The notes under the pieces: generated by a model
Database searches by the model: none
Told to the model about the DNA's origin: nothing
What the model saw: only the letters and a program-made list of their open reading frames with translations
Part shown: positions 36,068-47,529 of the stretch, piece by piece
Numbering within the stretch: position 1 is the first letter of the stretch
Layout of the letters: the number at the start of each line of letters is the position of its first letter
DNA from: Oculina patagonica
Lineage: Eukaryota
Direction: 5' to 3'
NCBI RefSeq assembly: GCF_052425735.1
Contig: NC_135761.1
Location: forward strand, 33,480,001 to 33,544,000
Length of the DNA: 64,000 bases
Translations under genes and position numbers: made by a program

Positions 36068-38130
36068 TTGTTGAACACAAAAAAGTTGAAGTTGAGAATC
36101 GCCGAACTGGAGTCGGAAATTAGGAAAATAGAGATGAAAAGCTCCTGTTTGATTTCGTTTTTGCCTTCTTCGCCTCTATTAACGGCATCTTCCCCATCTT
36201 ATTCCCCAAGAGAGACATTGAATAGCTCCTCACTGGGTCTAATTGCGAAGAAAAGAAAAGTGGCCCAAGAATGTAGAAAGGTCACTCATGGAATAGATCG
36301 GGTGTAAGAAAAGTACCATGAGTCCCTGGCCTGTGTTTTGGCGAACAGTTTCCTATATGGCAGAGCCGAACAGAAAGACAAGGTATCAGAAACCATATTA
36401 GAGTAGCCAATCAGTGCATGCCAAAAACACTATCCACTGCTTTACGGTAGATACTAAATATGTATAATGTCAATACACCATTTCTTTAGGCAAAAAACAA
36501 GTTGCTATTGGGATTGTGCCCATGAACTGTGGTAACAAAAGTCCGGAAAATACTCTTTGTGTATCCATTTGCCATTGCTAATTATGCAGAAGACAGTTAT
36601 GTCTTGTAAAATATTGATTGCAAAAAGCGTATTACTGCTGGGAAAACATGCAATAACAGTAATTTATTTGTAATAGAAGTAAGTTATTAATGTTTTTAAG
36701 GCATTCCTAGACAATTTGTATATGCAAAAAAGCACAAGAAATGTGAATTATCCCACTTGCTTTGACATTTTAGAACAAAGCTCTCCTGTTTTACTGATTT
36801 AAATTCCGTTCTTTGCAAGTTATTTAGCTGTTGGCATTCCAGAGAACAAATTACTCAGCTGATCTCAAACCTGAAAAGCCAGAAAGACTGGGGTTTTGGT
36901 AGATGGAAAAAAGTATCACACCTACTTTAAAGGTATGCAATCACCCAAAATTATGTTGTAGTGTCCATGGTATTCATGCATGGCTTCAGCTGGGGGCGTT
37001 TTAAAACAATTAATTAAGAAACAGCCAGGTACTAGTTTTGTCATAGTTTGATACTTGCTAATTCTGTTGCATTACTTTGCAGTTACTCTGGATTATAACA
37101 CCCTTTTGACTTTACAACAGCGAGGTGATTATGATAAAGGCTTTGTCCTTGGTGGCAAGGGATTGGGTGAATGTTGTTTCCTCTGTGATGCTGTAAGGGT
37201 AAATATCATTTTAACATTTAGTCATGTTTATAATCCCTTTTTTTTTTTTGCAAAAATGCTGTTAAAGACAATGCCTTAAAGTGCAGATCATTGTCAAACA
37301 ACATGCCTCATAGGGTCTTAATTTTGACAAAAATGGTAAATTGTTGTATGGTAACTAAATTGTGTAACATTCCTGGTAGGGATGCAATTGTATGGAGTTG
37401 AACCTGATGAAACTTGTCTTGACTGCCCGAGATCCAAGGCTAACATTGGCAGGTAAGTATTCTTCTCAAGTTATTCCAGCAGATTGTCATATATGGCATA
37501 TGAAAGAGAGCCAGTGACTTGAAAAAAAAAAAGACTGATATCATGACTCTGCAATTGAACCCCCTTTGGTATCACGGTATCAATAGACATCAATAGACAA
37601 TGTGGACACATCATGCTGTAGATGCTTTTGTCAAAGCTCCAATTTAAGCAAGTGTCCTACAGTAAAAAGTTAAACGACCACTGAAAAAAATAGACCCATT
37701 GCACCTTATACATTTTGATAATGAAAGTGGCTATAATTTTATTTAAAGTGTGCTGTTTAAGAGTTTTGGCAATAAAATCCATGAAATTAACCATCTTATT
37801 TTCAAACCAGTTAGTTTTGATGTAATGTTGAGACAAAGACTTGTCTTTAAGGTGTACAGGTTTACGTCATGACCTGACATTTCTCCTGGAAGAAGAACTC
37901 AGCAGTATTAATCTTTGCTCTCTCCACTGTGAGATGAGAAACTGCGAGCAACCGATGGGATCATTGGGCCTACTGCATGGGCTCTCTGGATCATGATCAT
38001 GGGCCAGAAAGTTGTAAAGGGTTTCAACGGGTAACAAGTACATTACTGTGATGATATTTTAGTTGCTTAAAACTGACACCTGGTCAGCAGACAGAAGTTG
38101 AAAGGAAAAACATAAAAGTGACATCTTTTT
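36068..38130 (+). pseudogene. Multi-exon RAG1/Transib/Chapaev-like DDE transposase remnant
   Basis: Segments at ~36068-36402, 36491-36650, 37083-37198, 37380-37452 and 37852-38130, mostly bounded by AG/GT. Motifs in RAG1 order: PRETL..AKKRKV; QVAIGIVPMN..VYPFAIANYAED; TLDY..GG..CFLCD; LHCEMRN. Confidence 0.55.
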
Positions 38131-38759
38131 CTTTTTTTTTTTTTGCTTGTTTAGTTCTTTGAAGAAAATCACATGCAATTCCTTGATATTTTATGTGCAA
38201 GCATTGTTATGACTTACGGCCCGGCTTATGGCAATTGTTATGGATGTTAATCTTGCTTAAGAATGCATAGAACTTTCTAAAGGTGTTTTTGTAAGGCTAT
38301 TTGAGCAGTACGCCTTTACCAAAGACAAATGCCAAACAATCTAGATGAGTATTTTTTTAGTCTGTATAAGCTCTACCGTTATGCCAAGTTTTTTAGTTAA
38401 GTTATTAAAGAAAATGAAAAAATCAAAAGTCTGCAGTTCATATATCTTAATCGTTCATTTATTTTTCCAGGTAGATATGGGAAAACATTCTTGTCGTCCC
38501 CCTCTTCATGTATTGCGTCCCCTATCAACATTCAACTTATAGTAAGTTAAATTATTTTGAATCCAAAAATTGAACCAAAGATACTAAAAAGCAGAGACAG
38601 TCATTCAATGAATCAGCACAACACAGGGTTTTTTTCATTTTTGTTGTTGTAATAGTTCAACCGATTCAGAAGCAGCAGCCTCAGAATCTAGTTCCACTTC
38701 GGAAAGTGAGACAACGGAAGAATCCAGCTGCAAAGCTCCTCGATGATGAAGTGCGCTCG

Positions 38760-39400
38760 GGCCAACTGCCTGAGTCTCACCTTCTTTCCTTCAAATGGTT
38801 TTTAGTCCAGGAAGTTCCATAATGCCACTTTTATCAAGTAAAAAAATTTACGTTGCAGCAGTTTCATTGGCAAAGGATGACCTTGCGCTCAAGCCAGGAT
38901 TTCAGGTTGATCGCAATGCTATGGTGATAGTTGGTGGCAAAGAAATGTACTCCTTAGAGTATGTCAAAAGCAATCTAACCTTGCAGCATGAGAACTTTAA
39001 AGACAAATTTGTCACAGAAGTACAAACTATGGGGATAACTACTCTTGACAACAAGTGAACTCTTATCATCGGCAATGACTTTACAGCATCAACAGGTGAT
39101 GGAAATTCCACACTTCAATGTCATTTGGAGCGAATTCCTGAACTCCAACTCAGTCAAAATTGCCTTAAAAAAAGTTCCGACGCAGTTGTAAAGAACAAGT
39201 GTGATACTAGGGTCTACGAAAAATGCTTTTCCACAGAAAGTGTTTGCAGCAGGTGCAGAGAATTGAACCATGTTCACTGGACCCCAGCATTTAGGTGCAG
39301 CGACTATTGCATGGAGAGAGACCTTAAGTGTTCTAGAGAAGCCTGCCTTACTTAGTTGATGTGCGTTACTGTAGCTGTTTCTACACAAACAACAACAAAA
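38760..39400 (+). mobile_element. P-element/THAP9-like transposase remnant with Cys-rich insert
   Basis: VSLAKDDLALKPGFQVDRNAMVIVG resembles the first catalytic-D region of P transposases. It is followed by VCSRC..WTPAFRCSDYC..C, with stops. Confidence 0.45.
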
Positions 39401-39769
39401 ATGGTCAAAATCTTTGAGAAAGTTTACTCATTTTAACCCAATATTGGGACTTTCTGGCTAGAACAAGGAGACAAAAAGAACGCTGGCAAAAAAGGTACAT
39501 GTTCTTTCAAGAAGGGTATGATTATGACATGCTTGCAAGGTATACGACTTGAATGTTAAAGCAAGCTGTTATTGATCTTTAAGAAAGAGCAAAGAGCCGC
39601 ATCATTTATCAGTATTTTTCTATTTATCAGTAATCTTCCAAGAGAATACAGTTTCAACACCACACTGTTCTTCACAGACAACACAGCATTCCCTTGTGTT
39701 GAATTGCCTGTTAAACGTGGTAAAACACCCTTTATTCCGGTGTTCCTGTAATAACTACATGCCTCCAAT

Positions 39770-40063
39770 TACAGGTATCCAATTTGAACAACTTCAAATT
39801 GGGTACCTGTAATTGGACACCTACGCCATTCGCGTGTCAATCACACGCATTTAAATGGGTTCTTTTTTGCTGTTTTCCCACTGTTTGTACAACCAGTTGA
39901 ATTTACCATTGACCTTTTTGACAGTAACAAAGATTCTCAAAGACTTCGTAACCTCGAATTTTGTTATTGATACGATTAATTAGTAATTGGGCTTCGTGTC
40001 CTACAATTTAGGGAGAAATCGTGCTCATAATTTCAAATCGTCCTCGCGCTGAGCCGATTTTAC

Positions 40064-40102
<39 letters not shown>

Positions 40103-40124
40103 AATCCAATTACTATTACTAATT
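39770..40124. repeat. Interspersed repeat with a long imperfect palindrome (39977-40124)
   Basis: tagtaattgg..tacaatt.agggag.aatcg..taatt..aaatcg is mirrored by cgattt..aatta..cgatt.ctccct.aattgta..ccaattacta. Confidence 0.7.
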
Positions 40125-40786
40125 CAGCAATACATGTTGGAATTCCCTGGAAGGGTGAAAAGGAGCTACATCTATGCCCACATGCCAAAGAATTTTTGCA
40201 GTAACACAATGCTGGCTGGTCTGTGCAATTTATGTAAAGTTTATGGATATGCAAACGTCTCAATGTTAAAGCAACTTATCCAAAACATAGCAGCTGATTC
40301 TCCACACTATTAGTTAAGTGGCACTGAGAAGAATATCACCACTCAACTCCAATGGTGCTCTTATTCCACCCAAAGATCGTCAGTTTCCTTTCAGGAAACT
40401 GCACTTCTAGGTCAGTACATGAAGTGCATAGTTCCTTTCAGGAATGGGTATTAAAGCTGCACTTCCAAGTCAGTAAATGAAGTGCACCCCACTTCAATTA
40501 GAAGTCCCATTGCCTTTTATCTCTTGGAACGACTTCATGTCCAAATGCAAAGAAATTCTTGGAAGCACCTTCCTCCAGTTTGTGACATTCTTGGCAGGAG
40601 GCCTTTCTAAGCCCTCAAAACTTCGCTTCAAGAGCTTATGTTTTAGTCCGGCGGCTTAGCTCGTGAATTGTGCGATTTGTGATACAAGCACCAAACTTTG
40701 CAGGATTACAAGTATTGGCATACTAAACAATTCTTGACATAGTGCCAATGCCAATTTCCTATTTTCAGCTAGACAAACTAACTCCC

Positions 40787-40892
40787 GAGTTAGGATTTCG
40801 AGTTGGATTTCGAGCTAGGATTTCGAGTTGGATTTTCGAGTTAGGATTTCATGTTAGATTTTCGAGTTAGGATTTCGAGTTGGATTTTCAAG
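40787..40892. repeat. 12-13-bp tandem repeat CGAGTT(A)GGATTT, about 8 copies
   Basis: Directly visible. Confidence 0.9.
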
Positions 40893-41001
40893 TGAACTCT
40901 GCTTCTGGTAACTGTTCAACCATGTGTGGAGGAGCCTATGCGAGACCCCCAGCTGCTCAAAGCTGGGCGAACTCTGTTTTTCTAGAACTGTTCAACCACA
41001 G

Positions 41002-42593
41002 GCTGATGCTCATGCTTATGACGCTTATGCCCCTACAAGCAAATGTTCTTGTTAGCAGTCAAGGCACGGATTGTGGCTTGTGCTTTGCTTGTGCTTTGAA
41101 GATACTTGGCATGGGTGAGGTTGAAGGGGTACCTGCAACAGAGCACCGTTACCCAGGAGATGACTCCAAATTTGACAAGATGGCCAAAAGTCTTTATTTA
41201 AGGAATATCGCCTCCCAAATTGTAGACCAATTTATTGTGGATGAAAAGTCCTACAACAGCATAATCGATCAAGCCCTAGAAGATCATGAGGTCCAACAAG
41301 CCTGTCAAGCTGAAATGACACCAGACAGCCGGTTCCCTTGCAGATTCAGTGGATGCAACAAGATGTTTCGGTAACCAATTTTTTGTCAACATTAAGATAA
41401 ACTTCAGTCTTTTTGTCAGGCAAAGCAAAGTACCCTAATAATAAGTGCATTGGACTTTGGAATATAATAGTTAGGTTCAAGCCCTGGCCTGGGTAAATGA
41501 ACAGTAGCATTCTTGGATGAGACGCAGCTCTTGATTCAACCCCTAAGAGTGCCAAGTAAACATAATGACATATCTCGGTTATGACACTATGACATAAACC
41601 AAGTTATGTTGAGTTATATGAAGTTTTGTCTTTGAATAAGCAGCATTTTGAAAGCATAAAATTGTATCTCCCCTTATTTGTGACTTGATTGAACACCCCT
41701 TTAACACATAGGCTTTCAAATCTGAGAACTTGCATTGCCCCCTTCCTTCCTTTCTTAATAACTCTTTCATAAATTCCCATGTTATACCTTTTTGAGATTT
41801 TTTTTTGGTATGATTGATTTTCTTATGTGTCATTTTGTAGATATGATGGACAGCATCGTTGCAACCATGAGAGTTCACATTGGCTTTTCATTGATGATAC
41901 CCCAGCCCCAACAAATGTACAGGCTTCAACTTCAAGTTCTGATGACATGTTCAATCATCAGTGTAGTCTCATGGACCATGGCCTACTGTACATGAACTTC
42001 ACTGACGCTGTAGCTGAAGGCGATGGGGACCGCATCATGCGCTGCTGGAAGTTTCTACTTCTTCATTTCTATGCTGACACAGGAAGCACCAAATATGCTC
42101 TTGAAGCATTATACTCCAGCTGCAGCAGCAGGCCATTTTGAGTCAACGACAGGAGTATCGGCAACGCTGGAACCGTAGCGTCAACAACCGTGGGGGTAAT
42201 GGAAAGAACGTTCCACTGGACCTTGAGGTGGAACATGACAACAACTCCATCAAAGAAGGACTAAGGAAGCTTGGCCCTAATCTAACCCATGCAGCTGTAA
42301 CAAGGGTAGCTCGCATGTTACCTGTTGCAAGAGCAACAGTAAACAATGTGTCCAAAGAATGTTTTTTAATGAAGAGGTCTGGGAAGCATTTTGTTAAAAC
42401 AACAAGAAATGATCTATTGAAAATTGTGAATCTGCTTGTCCAAACAGATGCATTCCAGGAAACACCAGGCAGGCAGTACAAACATTTCTGTAAATTTTCA
42501 AGATCACCCCTGCGTGGTTTGGAGATGGGCAAGATGTGCAAATGGATAAAGAGGCACAAGTACGAGCTTCAGATTGGACGCAAAGCCCGATGA
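41002..42593 (+). mobile_element. AcademH transposase (DUF6589), 3' half, with intron 41371-41840
   Basis: KARIVACAL/KILGM..RFPCRFSGCNKMFR|YDGQHRCNHESSH..GLLYMNFTDAVAEGDGDRIMRCWKFLLLHF..TKYALEAL/..WNRSVNNRGGNGKNVPLDLEVEHDN..LGPNLT. An 11-bp duplication and a 1-bp deletion disrupt it. Confidence 0.88.
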
Positions 42594-42746
42594 GCTGAGC
42601 TTTTCTGGTACTTATTGAGAACTATATTTTTAGGAATTGTGATCTACCGTATGGGTTTATGCTTACCAACATATCACTGTCTGACTAAAAACACCTGTAT
42701 GAATGTCATATTGTACACATAGAAAGGATAGGTGTAATAAATCCGT

Positions 42747-43138
42747 CCCAGGGGGGAGGACTCGAAGTATACATGACAGGGGGGTCCTACATATTTTTTT
42801 GGGTTGAAAATTTAAACGCTGGGTATTTTTTTGGGTCGAGATCTGTCACATATTTTTTTAGGTCTTATATAAATACGCGTGTTTTTTTGGTTCTTATCTC
42901 CGAGCGAACTCTTCATTTTCTTATTCATTTTAACTTTTTTTTCAGCGACGTGCATTAGAAAGTTCTGCTTAATTGAATAAGTCAGTATTGAGGTATTTAA
43001 GTGTTGTATTTTCTGGGTTGGAAATTTTGATGCCAGGTTTTTTTTTTGGGTCTAAAATTTCAGGCTTCTGTATTTTTTGGGGTTCGCAATATGAAGCTCT
43101 GTCGGACTCCGCCATCATGTATACCCCCCCCCCCTGGG
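42747..43138. mobile_element. MITE with CCCAGGGGGG termini
   Basis: Imperfect TIRs cccagggggg..gtatacatga..gtcc. Flanks AATCCGT (42740-42746) and AATCAGT (43139-43145) form a 7-bp TSD with one mismatch. Confidence 0.75.
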
Positions 43139-44031
43139 AATCAGTTGCCAACAGTGGTCAAATGCAAATATATACAGCCATTGTTATTGTTCCAATAAAC
43201 ATACAGGGATGGCACTAGGATTTTTCAGTCTAGGTCCTGGAACCCATATGTATCTGGCCGAATGGCATCATTGGTTTTCAGAGCCTCTAGTATGCATGTA
43301 CTCTGATTTATTGGTCATTTGAATGTATGTACACTACATTTCTCATAGGAGGAGAAATGTCTATGTTTATATCTGAATTTTCTCGAATAAGGTTAGAAAA
43401 GATTTTTAATAAGGTAATGTCTTGTCATACAAGTATATTGAGTGTGAAATATGACAAGGTAGCCTTTTGTAGCCATTGTAAACACAATTAGATGTACAGT
43501 ATAAGTGTTTAGAAAAGAGGACAAAACAACCGTTGGTGTAAAGAAATTAACTAATTATACAATCCTGAAATTTCATGATTAATATATCTTGAAATTATCT
43601 TTGAAATGGCACCAGTTGATTTTTTTTCTTGCTGTACAAGCATATTGAGTGTCAACAATGTCAACATAAGTTTTATAAAGTTTTATAGTAAGAGCGCAAA
43701 ACAGTTGTGGATTCCCTCCAAATAAAATCATGATAGAACCCTTTATTTGTTGTATAAATTTGGTCATAGTGTGCCACATGAATTCTTTTTACTCCATTTG
43801 AAATGAATGCCCTATGTGACCTTATATAACTATGTTAAATATGTACAGTAATAGAACAGAAGTTTCGTCAGGTGAAAATTACAATCAAAATTTTCCACTT
43901 GTTACATACATGGAATATGGAATTTGTCTGACTAAGCCCTTAAGCATTAAAGTACTTGCTTCTCATTGACCATTTAAACTTGTAATCTTTTGATAATAAA
44001 TACAATGTTAAAGACACCAGCAAAATAATGA

Positions 44032-44234
44032 CTGAAAGTGATAAATGATCATCGCAGTGAATTTCCAATTTAAGCAATTGGAATAAAGAAGCCTGAAAAA
44101 AATTCAGGGCTTCAACGGGATTCAAACCCGTGACCTCCGCGATACCGGTGCGATGCTCTACCAACTGAGCTATTGAAGCCACACATTGGGAGCGAGGTCA
44201 ATTGTGAGTTGACCTCGCTCCCAATGTGTGGCTT
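44032..44234 (-). mobile_element. tRNA-derived repeat (Thr-GGT-like head at ~44107-44180) inserted in the helicase gene
   Basis: Minus strand GGCTTCAATAGCTCAGTTGGTAGAGCATCGCACCGGTATCGCGGAGGTCACGGGTTTGAATCCCGTTGAAGCC, then an oligo-T run. The T loop and anticodon stem are mutated. Confidence 0.8.
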
Positions 44235-44235
44235 T

Positions 44236-44595
44236 GTGTGGCATGCAAGCTTCAAAGCAGCAATGCTTTCTCTTACAACTGATTTCTTTAGGGCATTAAG
44301 TTCTTTCTTAAGTGTAAACAACTGTTCATCCGATATTGTTCTTTCTTGTGCTTCCTTCTCTGAATAACCAACTGGCAAATACAAATCCATGTCACAGTAA
44401 CTACCAAGACACTGACATGAATTTGCGCAGATGTCACAGCACGAATGTCCAGGTGGGCATTCCACGTTGTTAATGCCAAAGTGCTTTAAAAGAAACTGTC
44501 TTCGACAGGTTGATGAATCTAAGTACTTTTTCATTTCGGCATCTGCTACTTTGGCATTGATACCATTGTACAGCAGAATGGCATCACTTTGCTCG
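44236..44595 (-). mobile_element. RecQ-type helicase C-terminal zinc-binding region (AcademH second gene)
   Basis: QSDAILLYNG..MKKYLDSSTCRRQFLLKHFG..HSCCDICANSCQC. Convergent with the DUF6589 transposase. Confidence 0.82.
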
Positions 44596-45130
44596 GCTGT
44601 ATTCGCAGGCTACAATTGATGTCCTAAATCAAATCATTTACGTCACAGGACATTTAATTAAGAGCTGGTTTATGTGCCCCCCTTGACGAAGTACATGTAA
44701 ATCCTGGCCCACCCATTGCTGCCCTGTCTAGACTCCCTGACGGCCTGATCAGCTAGCTTCACCACCCGCTCCACATGATGATACTCGGGCAAATATCAAA
44801 ATTCCTTGTTTTGGGGAGCAGCTTACCAGAGACTGATTTGCTGGTGCAAAAGAGTTAAGAGAAAAGAAAGTTTCAGAACTCATTGAACTACTTTAAACCA
44901 AATCAGGAAGGAAAAAAGGACCCGCAAACAAGACATAATTGCTGCTTTACTTCAGAACTCAACAAGGATCTGAATAATAATATGACAGTTAAATGATTAT
45001 TATTAAGAAAAATAAATCAGTGGTATTTAACAGCTGTCAAGGAAATTAGATATTAATAGAATTAGGAACAAAGAGATAATCAGTTTATAGAAAGTATTAG
45101 TTTCGTAGTTGCGAAAAAAAACCAACAAAA

Positions 45131-45341
45131 ATGGTGGAAAACGTTGATCCCTCACCCACAAAACGAGCAAGAAAGCCAAATTTCACCGCCACCGAGTGTA
45201 ATACTGCTTAGGGTGGCAGAGCAGCACCTTGATGTTATAAAAAGCAAATTTTCGTTCACCCTTACAAACAAACAAAAACCGAAGGTTTGGAAAAAAATCA
45301 CGGAGTATGTAAATTCACTAAGTGTCTGTAAGCAGACCGCA
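45131..45341 (+). mobile_element. Myb/SANT-like DNA-binding protein fragment (Harbinger ORF2/NAIF1-like)
   Basis: ATG at 45131; KRARKPNFTATEC/ILLRVAEQHLDVIKSKFS..TNKQK.KVWKKITEYVNSL.VCKQT, with one frameshift. Confidence 0.8.
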
Positions 45342-45349
45342 GTCCGCAA

Positions 45350-45735
45350 CCCTTGGGTGTTCGAAATCTATAGAGGCATTTAAAGGCGTGGAAGCAGCAC
45401 TGTGGCTGCACCAGCAGCAAGGTGTCCTTCATCACTAAAATCCGCTCTGCCGTGCTAGATTATGGCCTGGAATACGAGCTCTTGTATTACCATTACGACC
45501 GCTGGCTATTCAAAACCATCACAGGTGCAGTCAACACCGCAGCCAAGTCGGGCTGTTCTCCAGCCAAGAGCCTAGAGGCCAAAACGTTTAGCCATTAGTA
45601 CTGGCAAAACCAACATCGCCTTCTCATTGATGCGGTGCGGCAATTTGGATATCCCACGCTGTTCCTAACACTCTCACCTTTTGAGTGGACATTTCCTTTT
45701 CCGCAGTGGTTAGAAGACATTAGGGACGTGATGGG
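45350..45735 (+). mobile_element. Helitron-like Rep (HUH) N-terminal fragment
   Basis: ..KTFSH*YWQNQHRLLIDAVRQFGYPTLFLTLSPFEWTFPFPQW contains Rep motif I (G-x-P-x-L-F-L-T-L-S). Confidence 0.75.
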
Positions 45736-46074
45736 GACAAAGATTGAAGTTTATTTATTACCAAAATTTTATGATGTAATTATGTATCAATGTAATCTGC
45801 TTTTTTATTCATTGAAGGTGACTTTAAAAAACTGGTTATGCAGTCCAACTTTCTGAAAAGTGATGATCAAGTTAAGCTGACAGGGCCAAACACAGAAATT
45901 TCTCTGTGAAACCCAAGTAAGTACAAGCTTAAGTAAAATCAAAAGCAAACAAGCCAGGATTAATGTCAGGAATTAATAGCCATTTATCTCTAACATTTTT
46001 ACGTATTTAGTTTCTTTAGGTTGTTCAAACCTTTTACTGGCCAGAAAACCAGTTGCCTAAACATGTGTCCAAAT

Positions 46075-46203
46075 CAAAGCAAAGTAAGCACAAGGAGCCA
46101 AAGAAAAAGGAAAAGCAAAGTAAGCCCAAGGATCCAGGGAATGAGGCAAAGCAAAGTAAGCCCAAGGACCTAGAGAAGGGGGCAAAGCAAAGTTAGCCCA
46201 AGG
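46075..46203 (+). repeat. 36-bp tandem repeat, ~3.6 copies
   Basis: caaagcaaagtaagcccaagga at 46075, 46111, 46147 and 46183. Confidence 0.85.
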
Positions 46204-46729
46204 GTACGGAAAAAGTTGTTCTACATATGGAAACAACAAGGAAATACCAAGGAAAACTAAGACCAGGTGACACCACTGGGGCTGGCAAAATCTGTGCTGA
46301 TAAACAAACATTGCTAGATGGGCTAGACAAAAACAAAACATTAAAGCATTTATATTAAACAATTGCAAATATAAGATGTATGTCTATGTACCTGTTAGTG
46401 AGGCTGTTTATACCCCTGAGCCATTACCGAAAAAGAGGCGCAGAGTGGCACAAGTCAGTTTGGATTTTGATAACATGTACTTACTATTATTGAAGATATT
46501 TATATTGTTATCAGAAATAATATAACTTGTTTTATAGAAATTAATTTTGATAATTAAATTGATTCATTAATGGAACCCATTGAACTAAATTAAAAGTACA
46601 ATTATAAGAATTTTTTATTATCACTGCATATATGTATAACCAGTGAACTAAAATAAATTTTTGTTTCAGGGTTATAAATTGCCTGTGCTTAATTTGCTTA
46701 TATTAATTCAAAGACATTAGCCACTTTGT

Positions 46730-46850
46730 TTGTTTGTAGAACTGAAGGATTCATAAATTTATGACTTGTTTGAAGAGCTGAAGGATTCATAAATTTATGA
46801 CTTGTTTGTAGAGCCAAAAGATTTCATAAACTTACAATTTGTTTGTAGAG
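46730..46850. repeat. ~35-bp tandem repeat, about 3 copies
   Basis: tttgtagagctgaaggattcataaatttatgacttg units. Confidence 0.85.
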
Positions 46851-47529
46851 TTAGATAAAAGGATTTAACAAATTTATTTCTTGCATTAAGAGCTATTTGT
46901 CTCCCTAAAATTTAAAAAGTTATTTTTTCAGACTAAGTGAAGTATTTGAAGTATTAAGCCTAATTGAACTATTTGTTTAAAACCCAGGACATTCAGGGTG
47001 TCAAAATTCCATTTTGAGCATGTATTGGTATTTTTCATTGCCTGCATTTATCACTTCATTCATAGTTTTACCCAATAATGTGTCATGATCTTTTCATTTC
47101 ATTAAGGTTAACTGTAAATGGACCTTTTTTAAATTGTATTAAAACTGGGTTACATCCATTTACAATAAAAGGACATTTTATGTGACTGGCTGACGCTTAT
47201 CTGTTTTAAGATGTTGTTGGACAGAAAAACTGTACACTTGGAAAATTTCTAAAAAAAAAGGTATGAAATTTAAAAGATTTTACTAAATTGGGACATTTTT
47301 GTGCATAGGACCTTGAAAAATGTATAAATCTGGACAAAAGGAGAAAAGTGCAAAAATGCATTAGGCTATACCTGTTATCCAATAAGATGACAAGTAGCAC
47401 TGATGAATTTGATGATGGTTTACCACCTGTGATAACGAGTCATAACCCAGTACCTGATGAGAGTTTCAGTACATAAAGGACGAAGGATAATCTGAATAGG
47501 TTCATTGTGTCCAATAATTTAGACAAAAA

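Noticed and set aside
40787-40892. Interstitial telomeric repeat
   Set aside because: TTAGG occurs only within a 12-13-bp unit; there are no tandem TTAGGG.
44107-44180. Functional tRNA-Thr gene
   Set aside because: Mutated T loop (TTTGAAT), imperfect anticodon stem, an extra base after the acceptor stem, embedded in a repeat that interrupts a transposon gene.
44112-44534. 140-aa ORF as an intact gene
   Set aside because: It is a chimera of a RecQ C-terminal fragment reading into the inserted repeat; the helicase core is absent.
47450-47495. Additional hammerhead at CTGATGA
   Set aside because: No stem II followed by GAAA; the same applies to CTGANGA hits near 2268, 5401, 25777, 31273 and 33963.
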